Source: an uncultured Deinococcaceae bacterium (lineage in GTDB: Bacteria > Deinococcota > Deinococci > Deinococcales > Deinococcaceae). Taken from it: a stretch of 64,000 nt of DNA. The DNA is taken from assembly GCA_964252075.1 (NCBI GenBank), contig CAXULY010000001.1:183787-247786 (forward strand), written 5' to 3'. Positions within the stretch are counted from its first letter, which is position 1, and every line of letters begins with the position of its first letter. The position numbers and the translations under genes are program-made. Below the pieces are notes generated by a model. It searched no databases and was not told the origin of the DNA. It saw nothing but the letters and a program-made list of their open reading frames with translations. Of this stretch, positions 50,007 through 59,360 are shown piece by piece.

Positions 50007-53000
50007 TTACTGGCAGGGGTGGAGCGTGGTCGCGCTGTTGCGGGGTGCGGGCGCGCCGACCGTAAAGTCGGTGCTGTTGTCGCCGGTGTCCGTGCAGCCC
50101 TGCGCGTTGCGGCTGGCAGCGGTGGTGTTGCTGAGGGCCGCGACGGCGAGCCCTTCGGCTTCGTTCACGCTGCCGTACCCCACGAAGTCCAGCACGTCCG
50201 CGTCGCTGCGGCCCGTGATGGCCTCGGTGTTCCCGACGAGCGCAATCTTGCCGTTCGTGCCGCTGAGCGCCAGGCTACCGGTGGCGTCCGGCGAAGGGAG
50301 GGCCGGCGCGGCGGTGTTGGCGCCCGCCGCGAGCTGCACGAGGTAGTACCCGCCCGCGGGGATGTTCGCGCTGGGCAGGGTGAGGAGGCTGAAGCTGAAC
50401 GCGCTGAAGGTGCCGCTCGCGGAGGCGTACTGGAGGCTCTTGCCGCCCAGGGCGATGGGGGCCGCGGTGGGGTTGAAGAGCTCGACGTAGTCGTTGCGGT
50501 AGGGGGCGCCGCTGTTGCCACCCCCGCCGTACACCGCGCTGATGACGAGGCTGGCGGCGGTGCTGGGCGCGGCGTTCACCGTGACGTTCACGGTGGCGGT
50601 CTTGGTGTCGCTGCCCTTCACGCCGGTCACGGTGAGGGTGTAGCTGCCCGCCGTGCTGAAGGTGTGGGTGGCGCTGGTGGCGCCGGCGCTCAGGTCCTCG
50701 TCGGCGGTGCCGTCGCCCCAGTTCACCTTGAGCGTGTCGGGCGTGGCGCTGGTCGAGATGTTCAGGGTGTACACCTGGCCCGCCGTGACGGTCGCCGCGC
50801 CATTCGCGTTCACGGTGAACGCCGGGGTGGGGTCCGCGTCGTGCGTGAGGTTCAGGCCGACCAGCACGGGGTCGTGGTCGCTGGCGCGAAAGGCGTTGTC
50901 CTGCCACAGGTCCTGTCCCTGGCAGGTGTTCTTGTCGCTGTCCGTGCCGACCACGCACTGCGGAATGTTCTTGTACTCGGCGTTGTAATCGGCGGCGATG
51001 GGTTCGTCGCTGTTGATGTGCCACTCCGTGATGCCCGCCACCTGCGCGTCCAGGCTGGTGCTGGCGAGCGCGTGGTCGAGGTACCCGAAGCTGCCGCTGA
51101 ACTGGTAGCTGTAGCGGTCCTCGGCGGGGATGCGGAGGTTCTCGCTCACGAAGCCGCCAGCCGTGATGGTCTTGATGGGGTCCTCGGCGCCGTAGCTGTT
51201 GAAGTCACCCATCAGCAGCACGTCCTGGTCGCCGCTCGTCTGCTTGAGCTGCGAGACGAAATTCAGCAGGGCGTTCGCCTGATCCACGCGTTTGGCGTTC
51301 CAGCAGCCCTGGCCCTGGTCAGTGTCGCCGCTGGTGGGGCAGCTGCCCTTGCTCTTGAAGTGATTCGCGACAACCGTGAACACGCCGCCGGTGGCCTTGT
51401 CACGGAAGGTCTGCGCGACGGGCGGGCGGCTGTACACGCTGTTGTTGTCCACCGCGTACCCGCCGACCAGATCCACCTTCGCGGGCTTGTAGATGATCGC
51501 GGCCTTGATGACGTCCGTGCCGATGGTGCCGGTCAGGACGGGGGCGTAGGTGCCGGGTGCGGTGGCGGCGTTCAGGGCGTCCACCAGGTTCTGCAGGGTG
51601 GTGTCGCCGTTGTTCTGGACTTCGGAGAGGGCCAGCACGTCGGCGTTCAGGCCGAGGAGGGCCTTCACAATCTTGGTGCGCTGGCGGTTGAACTCGAACT
51701 CGCTGTTGGCGCCGCGCAGGGTGCTGTTGTAGCTGGGGTTCAGGTCCGTGAAGAAGTTCAGGACGTTCGCGCCGCCCACCCGCAGGCTGCCGGGCACCGC
51801 GTCCGGCTGCGCCTGGCGCGCGTTGCTGTTCGTGAAGGCAGGTGCCACGGTGGGTTCGACCTTGTACGCGCTGTTCGCGTAGTGCAGCACGCCTGTGAGG
51901 TTCGCGAGGGTGTCGCCCGTGCGGAGGGTGAGGTCGGCGTTCAGGTACGGGATGGGGTTGGGAAAGGTGGCGCTGCTCACGTCATCCACGCGGATGCGGC
52001 GCAGGTTGTCGTCGGTGCCCGCGTCCGTGCCATTGCCATTCGTCTTGTTGAAGACGCGGCCCCCGCTGGACAGACCGACCTCGCCGTAGTTCTCGTAGCG
52101 GTAGTTGTCGGTGACCGTCAGGGTCTCGGGCACCGTCACGAGCATGCCTTCCACCCGCTCCAGTGCGGTGGCGCTGGTGAGCGGGAAGCTCACGACGGTC
52201 GGCTGGGGCAGGGTGCCCGCGCCGCAGTCCGTGAAGCCCGTGATGGTGTCGAGTTCGGTGGTGCCGTTGAACTCGGAGACCTTGCCCGCGAGCTGCACGA
52301 GGTCCCCGGCCTGCACGCTCTGCGGGGCCGTGTTGGTGTACACGAACACGCCGTCACTGGTGGCAGGGTCGCTGTCCGGCTGGGCGTCCTGCACGAAGAA
52401 GCCCTTGAGGCCCGCCTGCGCGTCAAGCGTGACCACGCCGCGCACCGTGACGGTCTGCCCGGCGAGGGGGCTGGCGTCGCCGCTGCCCTGCACCGCGCCG
52501 ATGTTCGTCAGGGTGCCGGTGGGGACGGGGCAGTTGGCGGTGCCGCCCGCCGTGAACGGGAGGGTGAAGGTGTTTTCGCCGTCCTTGGTGGTGCTGATGC
52601 TCTGCGCGGCGCCCGTGGTGGTCTGCCCGCCCGTGATGGCCTTGAGGGTCACGGTGTACGTGAAGTCGGTGGGGAGCCCGAGCGCGCCGCCCCAGGTGCC
52701 GTCCGGGCGGGGGGCGAGTTCCAGGGTGTACTGCGCCTTGAGGTCCTGGCGGCGCACCCGCTGCGCGGCGAGGGGCGCGTCAATGACGGCCTGCACGCGC
52801 TCGGTGCCCGCCGGCAGGCCGGTCGCGGTGAGGGCCGTGGAGACGATGGGCGCGCCGACATCCACCGTGACGGGGGGGCTGGCGGTGTCGACGACGCTCA
52901 CGGTCGCGGACCCCGTGGCGCTGAGGTTCGCGTCGTTCGTGACGGTGACGTTCACGTTCTGGCTGCCCGCCGCGCTGTACGTGTGCGTGTAGGTGCCGTC

Positions 53001-53792
53001 CAGGCTGTTGCCGCTGACCGTGGGGGTATCGCTGCTGCCGTCGCCCCACTCGATTTTCAGCGTCTTGAGGGTCTGGCTGGTTCCGGCGCTGGCCTGCACG
53101 CGCACGGTGTACGCCTCGCCCTTCTTAACGCTGGCCGGGCCGCTCACGGACGTGACGCTCGGTGCGGCCGCCTGCACGTCCGCGAGGGCCACCGTGACGT
53201 TCTGGTCCTGCTCGCTGAGGTTCAGGGTGGCGCTCCCCTGCTGCTGCAGCGCGCCGCTGCTGGTGCGGCCCTCGACGAGCACGTTCAGGTTCCGCGCGGT
53301 GGGGACGCCCTGCAGGGTGCCGGTGGCGGTGCTGCCGTTCACGAGCAGGCGCGCTTCGAGGCCGCCGACCTTGGCGACCAGCACGTTGCTTTTCGCGGTG
53401 ACGCCCGTGGCGTTCACGGTGATGGCGCTCGTGGTGCGGTTCATCTTCAGGGCGATGGGCGCGTCGCTCTGCACGTTCACGCTGACGGTCGCCTTGTACA
53501 GCACGATCTGCTGGTCGGCGTTGTCGTAGCCGCGCGCCGTGAGGGTGTAGCGGCCCTTCGCGATGTTCGGGAGGGTCACGCTGGCGGTGCCGTCCTGAAT
53601 GGTGAGCGGGTACGTGTGGCTGTCCGGCGCGGTGGCAGGGTCATCGCCGTGCAGGTCGAGGGTCACGTTCGTGACCTGGGCGGGAATGGAGAGCACCTGG
53701 ATTCGGGCGGCGCCCGCGCCGTTCGGCGTGGGCGTCTGGGCGCACGCGGCGAGCAGCAGGGCGGCACTCACGGTCAGTAGGGATCTACGCAT
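50007..53792 (-). CDS. ExeM/NucH-family extracellular endonuclease lipoprotein with PKD-like and lamin-tail domains
   Basis: Lipobox LLLAAC; OB-fold IGAVQGSGDASPL..VTVRGVVT..GFFVQD; NVLNFF, LSEVQN, ANHFKSKG, GDFNSY, LDHAL, SDHDPV; WGDG PKD motifs; C-terminal VISAVYGGGGN...DYVELFN. Confidence 0.9.
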   Translation of the reverse strand: MRRSLLTVSAALLLAACAQTPTPNGAGAARIQVLSIPAQVTNVTLDLHGDDPATAPDSHTYPLTIQDGTASVTLPNIAKGRYTLTARGYDNADQQIVLYKATVSVNVQSDAPIALKMNRTTSAITVNATGVTAKSNVLVAKVGGLEARLLVNGSTATGTLQGVPTARNLNVLVEGRTSSGALQQQGSATLNLSEQDQNVTVALADVQAAAPSVTSVSGPASVKKGEAYTVRVQASAGTSQTLKTLKIEWGDGSSDTPTVSGNSLDGTYTHTYSAAGSQNVNVTVTNDANLSATGSATVSVVDTASPPVTVDVGAPIVSTALTATGLPAGTERVQAVIDAPLAAQRVRRQDLKAQYTLELAPRPDGTWGGALGLPTDFTYTVTLKAITGGQTTTGAAQSISTTKDGENTFTLPFTAGGTANCPVPTGTLTNIGAVQGSGDASPLAGQTVTVRGVVTLDAQAGLKGFFVQDAQPDSDPATSDGVFVYTNTAPQSVQAGDLVQLAGKVSEFNGTTELDTITGFTDCGAGTLPQPTVVSFPLTSATALERVEGMLVTVPETLTVTDNYRYENYGEVGLSSGGRVFNKTNGNGTDAGTDDNLRRIRVDDVSSATFPNPIPYLNADLTLRTGDTLANLTGVLHYANSAYKVEPTVAPAFTNSNARQAQPDAVPGSLRVGGANVLNFFTDLNPSYNSTLRGANSEFEFNRQRTKIVKALLGLNADVLALSEVQNNGDTTLQNLVDALNAATAPGTYAPVLTGTIGTDVIKAAIIYKPAKVDLVGGYAVDNNSVYSRPPVAQTFRDKATGGVFTVVANHFKSKGSCPTSGDTDQGQGCWNAKRVDQANALLNFVSQLKQTSGDQDVLLMGDFNSYGAEDPIKTITAGGFVSENLRIPAEDRYSYQFSGSFGYLDHALASTSLDAQVAGITEWHINSDEPIAADYNAEYKNIPQCVVGTDSDKNTCQGQDLWQDNAFRASDHDPVLVGLNLTHDADPTPAFTVNANGAATVTAGQVYTLNISTSATPDTLKVNWGDGTADEDLSAGATSATHTFSTAGSYTLTVTGVKGSDTKTATVNVTVNAAPSTAASLVISAVYGGGGNSGAPYRNDYVELFNPTAAPIALGGKSLQYASASGTFSAFSFSLLTLPSANIPAGGYYLVQLAAGANTAAPALPSPDATGSLALSGTNGKIALVGNTEAITGRSDADVLDFVGYGSVNEAEGLAVAALSNTTAASRNAQGCTDTGDNSTDFTVGAPAPRNSATTLHPCQ

Positions 53793-54094
53793 ACAACTCC
53801 TGAGGTGAAGGATGTGACAACCGGGTCAAGCTCTCACCGTCCTGTCAGTGCAGGATCAGGGCGGGCGACGTCCGCCCGCGTGCTCGCGCGTGGCGTTGGG
53901 CGCGCGGGTTTCAGTCGCTGGTGGGTGAGCCCCACGATGATACGTGAACGAGGCGGCGATGGGCATTCAGTGAATCCTCAAGCGCGTCTCAAGATCACTT
54001 TCAGTTCGCGTAAAGGGCCGCTGGGGTTTCGCGTCAGCTTGGCTGCCTACACTCCGGTCAACACAAGAGCTTCACCAGCAAAGGAGGATGTGTG

Positions 54095-54280
54095 ATGTCG
54101 ACCTTTACGATTTACATGATTGGTGTGGTGGTGCTGATCATCGCGCTGTTCGTCGCGGGAAGCACCTTCAACTGGCCCATGACCTACGTCGCGATCGGCG
54201 CGATCGTGCTGCTGGGCATCGGGATTCTGTCGGGCGTGAGCAGCACCAAGCGCCGCGACCCGCCCGCGGGCGAGCAGTAA
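54095..54280 (+). CDS. Small two-TM membrane protein
   Basis: RBS AAGGAGG; MSTFTIYMIGVVVLIIALFV...IVLLGIGILSGVSSTKRRDPP. Confidence 0.75.
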   Translation: MSTFTIYMIGVVVLIIALFVAGSTFNWPMTYVAIGAIVLLGIGILSGVSSTKRRDPPAGEQ

Positions 54281-54287
54281 CCGCGCA

Positions 54288-54331
54288 GCGAAGAGGCGGC
54301 GCCCACGCGAGCGTGGGCGCCGCCTCTTCGC
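54288..54331. terminator. Long hairpin between convergent genes
   Basis: GCGAAGAGGCGGCGCCCACGC-ga-GCGTGGGCGCCGCCTCTTCGC. Confidence 0.75.
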
Positions 54332-54338
54332 GCGGTCC

Positions 54339-55706
54339 TTACAGGCTGGCGAGTGCGTCGCGCATGAGGCCGAGGCCCGTCTCGGCCTCCTCGCGCGTGA
54401 GGATCAAAGGCGGGCTCACGCGGATGGTGGCCTCGCCGCAGTCGAGGTTCAGCAGGCCGCGCTCGAACATCGCCATGCTGGCGCGATCGCGCAGCTTGCC
54501 ATCGGGTGCGCCGTCCGGCTTCACGAACTCCAGGCCGATGAAGAGGCCCTGCCCGCGCACGTCGCCCAGGAAGGGGAAGTCCGCCTGCATGGCGCGCAGC
54601 TCACCCAGGATGAAGCTGCCCACCGCGGCCGAGTTTGCCATGAGGCTCTCGCCGCAGCCGGGGTGCTTCACCGCGCCGTCCAGCAGGTCCAGGGTGGCGT
54701 GCGCCGCCGCCGCCGCCACGGGGTTCCCGCCGAAGGTGCTGCCGTGGCTGCCGGGCGCCCACGTCATGACGCTCGCCTTCGCGAGCATCGCGCTGAGCGG
54801 CAGGCCCGACGCGATGCCCTTCGCCATCGTGATGATGTCCGGCTGCACGTCCCCGTACTGCTCGAACTGCTGGAAGCTGAACATTTTCCCGGTGCGGCCC
54901 ATGCCGGCCTGCACCTCGTCGAAGATCAGGAGGATGCCGTGCTTGTCGCACAGGGCGCGCAGCTTCGGCAGGAAGTCGGTGGGCGGCACGATGTACCCGC
55001 CCTCGCCCTGCATGGGCTCGATGATGAACGCCGCGACCTCGTCGGGCGGGAGGACCGTCTGGAACAGCATCTCGACGTGCGCGAGCACCGCGTCCCCGCA
55101 GGTTTCGGGCGTGGAGCCGAGCGGCGGCCGGAAGGGGTTCGGGTACGGCACGTGCGACACGTTCGGCAGGAGCGGCCCGAAGCCGCGCTTGTACTTCGTC
55201 TTGGAGCCCGTGAGGGTGATCGCGCCGTAGGTGCGCCCGTGGAAGGACCCGATGGTGCTGATGATGTGGCTGCGCCCCGTGTGGTTGCGCGCGAGCTTCA
55301 CCGCCGCCTCGACCGCCTCAGCGCCGGAATTGCCGAAGAACACCCGCCAGGGCTCACCGGGGCGCGCGACGTACCCCGCGAGGCGCTCCGCGAGGGAGGT
55401 GGTGACCTCCTGCGGGTAGTCGGTGAGGCACACGTGCATGAACTTCCCGGCCTGCTCTGCAATGGCCTTCACGACGTGCGGGTGATTGTACCCGGTGGTG
55501 CTCACCGCGATGCCCGCGAAGAAATCCAGCATGGTGTTGCCGTCCGGGTCGGTGAGCCACACGCCCTCGCCGTGGTCCGGCACGAAGGGGTAGGGGCGCA
55601 TGTAGCTGGTGGAGAGCTGCGCGGCGTCGCGCGTCATGATCGCGGCGGACTTCGGGCCGGGCAGCACGGTGCGAATCTCGGGGCGGCGGGGGGTGGTGAT
55701 GGTCAT
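54339..55706 (-). CDS. Class III aminotransferase, GabT / omega-amino acid type
   Basis: LPGPKS, LDFFAGIAV..TGYNHP, GNSGAEAVE, FHGRTYG, EPMQGEGGY, DEVQAGMGRTG, MAKGIASG; RBS AAGGAG. Confidence 0.92.
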   Translation of the reverse strand: MTITTPRRPEIRTVLPGPKSAAIMTRDAAQLSTSYMRPYPFVPDHGEGVWLTDPDGNTMLDFFAGIAVSTTGYNHPHVVKAIAEQAGKFMHVCLTDYPQEVTTSLAERLAGYVARPGEPWRVFFGNSGAEAVEAAVKLARNHTGRSHIISTIGSFHGRTYGAITLTGSKTKYKRGFGPLLPNVSHVPYPNPFRPPLGSTPETCGDAVLAHVEMLFQTVLPPDEVAAFIIEPMQGEGGYIVPPTDFLPKLRALCDKHGILLIFDEVQAGMGRTGKMFSFQQFEQYGDVQPDIITMAKGIASGLPLSAMLAKASVMTWAPGSHGSTFGGNPVAAAAAHATLDLLDGAVKHPGCGESLMANSAAVGSFILGELRAMQADFPFLGDVRGQGLFIGLEFVKPDGAPDGKLRDRASMAMFERGLLNLDCGEATIRVSPPLILTREEAETGLGLMRDALASL

Positions 55707-55731
55707 GGAAACTCCTTGTGGGTGTGCGGCC

Positions 55732-56247
55732 TTACTCGTCCTCGTTCTCGATGAGCACCACGGCGGCAATCTCGGGCGGCATGCCCTCAATCCAGACCTC
55801 GGGCATGTCCAGTACGCCCTTGTTCGGGCCCGGCACCGCCGCCTTCATGGCGTCCGGCAGGTTGGCCGCGCCCTCGTACTGTGCGGTCCAGTCCAGGCCA
55901 GGCGCGGTCAGGCTGCCGATGGGCGTGGGGTCGTTCCGTGGGTCGAAGCCGATCGCCCCGACCTTGTGGTCCCCCTGCAGGAAGCACTGCTGAAGAACCT
56001 GCAGCAGGTCGTGGGTCCGCAGGGCGTAGGCGGGCACCGCGTCGCGGTGCCGGTACGGACCGTGATACCTGGCGCCCAGGTACCCGTCGATGGCGAGGGC
56101 AGCGGCTTCCGGGCACGCGGGCTGATCCGCCATCCAGCGGATCCGCTCACCGTTCCCGTCGCAGTTGGAATCGCACGCCGCGTACAGCCAGGCGGCGTCG
56201 GGGGCCGTCGGCAAGTACGCGGACATCAGGCGGGCGTGCGTCTCCAT
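55732..56247 (-). CDS. Hypothetical protein (possibly divergent DUF4274-like)
   Basis: Same strand between kamA and the aminotransferase with short gaps; N.D...IRWMADQPACPEAAALAI resembles the DUF4274 pattern. Confidence 0.6.
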   Translation of the reverse strand: METHARLMSAYLPTAPDAAWLYAACDSNCDGNGERIRWMADQPACPEAAALAIDGYLGARYHGPYRHRDAVPAYALRTHDLLQVLQQCFLQGDHKVGAIGFDPRNDPTPIGSLTAPGLDWTAQYEGAANLPDAMKAAVPGPNKGVLDMPEVWIEGMPPEIAAVVLIENEDE

Positions 56248-56254
56248 CCTCGGC

Positions 56255-57664
56255 TCAGTCGTCGCCGCTGTGGACGGGCTGCGGTTCGTTCACCTGGCCG
56301 TCGGGGGCGGTGTCGGTGGCGCCCACGCCGTAGGCGGTCCACTTGTCGCGGCTGTTCAGGCGGTGCTGCACGGCGCCGGGCCGGTTGCGGCTCTCCGCGA
56401 ACTCCTTGGGCTCAATGGAGATGCGCTCGCCCTCCATCAGGCCGTAGATGCCGCTCTGGCCGGGCTCGCGGCGCACCCAGTCGTCGGGGACCGCCATGTC
56501 GGGTCCGGTGTAGTCGGTGGGTTCGCTGTACGCGGCGATGTAGCCCTCGAAGTTCCGGAGGATGAGCTTCTCGGGGCTGTGCGACAGCACGTAGTTGGGC
56601 GCGACGGGGATCTTGCCGCCGCCGCCGGGCGCGTCCACCACGTAGGTGGGGATGCTGTAGCCGCTGGTGTGGCCGCGCAGGGACTCCATGATCTCCAGGC
56701 CCTTGCTGACGGTGGTGCGCAGGTGCCCCGCGCCGTGCACGAGGTCGCACTGGTAGATGTAGTAGGGCCGCACGCGGATCTTCACGAGTTCCCGCAGGAG
56801 TTTCTGCATGATGACGGGGTGGTCGTTCACGCCGCGCAGCAGCACGCTCTGGTTGCCGAGCGGCACGCCCGCGCGGTTGAGGCGGTCGCAGGCGTCCGCG
56901 ACTTCCGGCGTGATTTCCTTGGGGTGGTTCACGTGGATGTTCATCCACAGGGGGTGGTGCGCGGCGAGCACGTCGCACAGCTCGGGCGTGACGCGCATGG
57001 GCATGAACACGGGGACGCGCGTGCCGATGCGGATGATCTCGATGTGCTCGATGGCGCGCAGCTCGGAGAGCAGCCCGCCGAGCACCTTGGGCGCGAGGGT
57101 GAGGGGGTCGCCGCCGGACAGCAGCACGTCGCGCACCTGCGGGCTGCGGCGCAGGTAGTCGAGCTGCTGGCGGTACTCCTCGGGCTTGAAGGTCTCGGTG
57201 GGGTCGCCGACGATGCGGCTGCGCGTGCAGTAGCGGCAGTAGCTGGCGCACTGGGTGGTGACGAGCATCAGCACGCGGTCCGGGTAGCGGTGCACGAGGC
57301 CGGGGACGGGGCTGTGCTTGTCCTCCGCGAGGGAATCCTCCATCATGCTGGTGAAGGGCTCCAGCTCGTGGTGCGTGGGGATGACCTGCCGCCGCACGGG
57401 GCAGGTGGGGTCCTCGGGGTCCATGAGGCTCGCGAAGTACGGCGTGATGTCCAGCCGGAAGATGCCCTCGGCGCTCGCGCCGATCCGCTCGGAGTCGGTG
57501 AGGCGCACGACCTCATCGAGTTCCGCGACGGTGTTGATGCGGTTCTTGAGCTGCCATTTCCAGTCGTACCACTGCTCGTCGGGCACGTCCCGCCATTTGG
57601 GGAGGCGGTGGTTGCGCGGCAGCATCTGCTGGGCGCGCACGGTCGTTTCGGGGTGCAGGGGCAT
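56255..57664 (-). CDS. kamA: Lysine 2,3-aminomutase (radical SAM, KamA/AblA type)
   Basis: WYDWKWQLKNRI, ITPYF, HRYPDRVL, CASYCRYC, LSGGDPL, NHPKE, NQSVLLRGVND, RPYYIYQCD, DAPGGGGKIP (PLP lysine), LRNFEG. Confidence 0.95.
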   Translation of the reverse strand: MPLHPETTVRAQQMLPRNHRLPKWRDVPDEQWYDWKWQLKNRINTVAELDEVVRLTDSERIGASAEGIFRLDITPYFASLMDPEDPTCPVRRQVIPTHHELEPFTSMMEDSLAEDKHSPVPGLVHRYPDRVLMLVTTQCASYCRYCTRSRIVGDPTETFKPEEYRQQLDYLRRSPQVRDVLLSGGDPLTLAPKVLGGLLSELRAIEHIEIIRIGTRVPVFMPMRVTPELCDVLAAHHPLWMNIHVNHPKEITPEVADACDRLNRAGVPLGNQSVLLRGVNDHPVIMQKLLRELVKIRVRPYYIYQCDLVHGAGHLRTTVSKGLEIMESLRGHTSGYSIPTYVVDAPGGGGKIPVAPNYVLSHSPEKLILRNFEGYIAAYSEPTDYTGPDMAVPDDWVRREPGQSGIYGLMEGERISIEPKEFAESRNRPGAVQHRLNSRDKWTAYGVGATDTAPDGQVNEPQPVHSGDD

Positions 57665-57818
57665 GGGGCTCCTTTGGCGTGACACTGGGGGGTTCGGCGC
57701 GGCCCCAATGTGGGCCGCGCGCCGCGCTGAGCGGGGGTGTGGTGATCAGTGTAGGGAGGCCCACCCTGGATTGGAATGCGCGTCACCTTGCCCTTCACCC
57801 CCGTTTGTGCATCAGATT

Positions 57819-57855
57819 CCTGGCAAACGCCACGCGCGACCTGGCAAATGCCAGG
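57819..57855. promoter_or_regulatory. Tandem palindromic boxes in the kamA/lrp divergent intergenic region
   Basis: CCTGGCAAACGCCA (57819) and the perfect dyad CCTGGCA-AA-TGCCAGG (57840-57855), 21 bp apart. Confidence 0.65.
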
Positions 57856-57878
57856 AGGGCTCTGTTAAGCTGACCGTC

Positions 57879-58346
57879 ATGAAGCAACACGGCGCCACCC
57901 TGGACCCGCTCGACACCCGCATTCTGACGGAACTGCAGCAGGACGCCCGGCTCAGCATGCGGGAACTGGGGCGGCGCGTGCACCTCTCCGCGCCCGCGGT
58001 CACGGAGCGCGTGCGGCGCCTAGAGGACGCGGGCGTCATCCAGGGGTACAGCGCGCGCGTGGCGAGCAAGCCGCTGGGCCGCTCCATCACCGCCTTCATC
58101 GGCGTGGAGGACTCCGGGCGCAACGACCCGAAACTCATCAAGTGGGCGCAGAACCATGACGGCGTGCAGGAATGCCACTCCGTGACGGGTGAGAACTCCT
58201 GCATCCTGAAGGTGGCGCTCCCCGACGTGCAGGCGCTGGAGGAGGTGCTGGCGGAACTCATTGCCATGGGGTTCACGTGCTCCACCAGCATCGTGCTGAG
58301 CACCCCGCTCGGCGGCAAACTCATGCTGCCCCCCAAAGCGCAGTGA
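57879..58346 (+). CDS. Lrp/AsnC family transcriptional regulator
   Basis: LDPLDTRILTELQQDARLSMRELGRRVHLSAPAVTERVRRLEDAGVI.GY; ECHSVTGE; TAAGCT 7 nt before ATG. Confidence 0.95.
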   Translation: MKQHGATLDPLDTRILTELQQDARLSMRELGRRVHLSAPAVTERVRRLEDAGVIQGYSARVASKPLGRSITAFIGVEDSGRNDPKLIKWAQNHDGVQECHSVTGENSCILKVALPDVQALEEVLAELIAMGFTCSTSIVLSTPLGGKLMLPPKAQ

Positions 58347-58398
58347 CGCGCGCGCCGAACCGCACCACCCGCCGCGCGCGGACAGAAGGGGCGCACCC

Positions 58399-58995
58399 GT
58401 GACCACCCCCGACCACTTCAGTGACCTGGACCTCCACGCGGTGCGCACGCCGTACTTCCGGCAGCTGCTGCGCGAGGACCCGGCGCGCAACCTCGCGGAG
58501 CGCTTCGAGGCGCTGCGCCGCGCGCAGCCCGCCCTGACGGACCACCTGCTGGGCTTCGTGCCGACAGTGCTTGAGCGCGGCTTCGCGGTCCTCGCCTTCC
58601 AGGACGAACCGATGCTGTACACGGTGGGGCTGTCCTACGCCTCGGACCTGCCGGAACTCATGCTGATCACGGCGGGCCAGGAGCGCGAGGAGATGGACCG
58701 CATGCTGAACGCCCTGGCGCGCACGCAGAGTGAGAGCGGCACCGCCCTGCCCGCGTACGACGACCTCTCCCCGCTGTTCGTGGACGCCGGGTACCGGCTG
58801 GAGTCCCTGAAGTTCGAACCGTACTCCCCGAGCGTGCAGCGGCTGTTCCCGAGCGGCGCCCTGACGGGCTTCCACCAGGTGTTCTCGGACCTCGACCTGG
58901 GTGAATCAGGCGCGCCCCTGCTGGTGGCGAGGGCATACACCAGCGCGGAGGCGGGCCTCGCGATGCTCCGCGCGCGCCTTGACCAACAGGGCTGA
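58399..58995 (+). CDS. Hypothetical protein (DUF4262-like YTVGL..PEL motif)
   Basis: Typical codon usage; MLYTVGLSYASDLPELMLI. Confidence 0.65.
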   Translation: MTTPDHFSDLDLHAVRTPYFRQLLREDPARNLAERFEALRRAQPALTDHLLGFVPTVLERGFAVLAFQDEPMLYTVGLSYASDLPELMLITAGQEREEMDRMLNALARTQSESGTALPAYDDLSPLFVDAGYRLESLKFEPYSPSVQRLFPSGALTGFHQVFSDLDLGESGAPLLVARAYTSAEAGLAMLRARLDQQG

Positions 58996-59360
58996 AGCGC
59001 GGTGGGCGAGGGATTCAGGTGAGACGCCCCGACTGATCGTCGTGAGCAACCGGAGCGATGGCCGGAAAGCCCACGTCTTGCGGCGTGCTGAATGGGCTCA
59101 TCGCGCAGTGAATGGCTTCTACCTCAGCCTGGCCCGGGGTCCGTGAAGCCATGAGGTTCGCTGCTCTCTGGTTATCAAGTGCAAAGTAGACAGGGCGCGT
59201 CGTGCACTGGTCAGCAAGCGTCGGCAACTTGTTTTTTGCGCGTGGCAGCGCATCGATGTGCCGTCCCTGGTGCGTGTTAGCCTCGGGGCATCAACGCCCC
59301 TTCGCGCGCCGCGCGAGAAAGGTTGCACATTTGACGAGCACCCTCACGCAGGGCACCCTC

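Noticed and set aside
56255..57664. KamA as EpmB for EF-P beta-lysylation, or as part of the ablAB osmolyte or kamDE fermentation routes
   Set aside because: It is the long KamA-type protein, and no efp, epmA, ablB or kamDE genes are in the window. Partners elsewhere in the genome cannot be excluded.
57665..57745. Lysine riboswitch upstream of kamA
   Set aside because: The predicted leader is about 77 nt, too short, and lacks L-box motifs.
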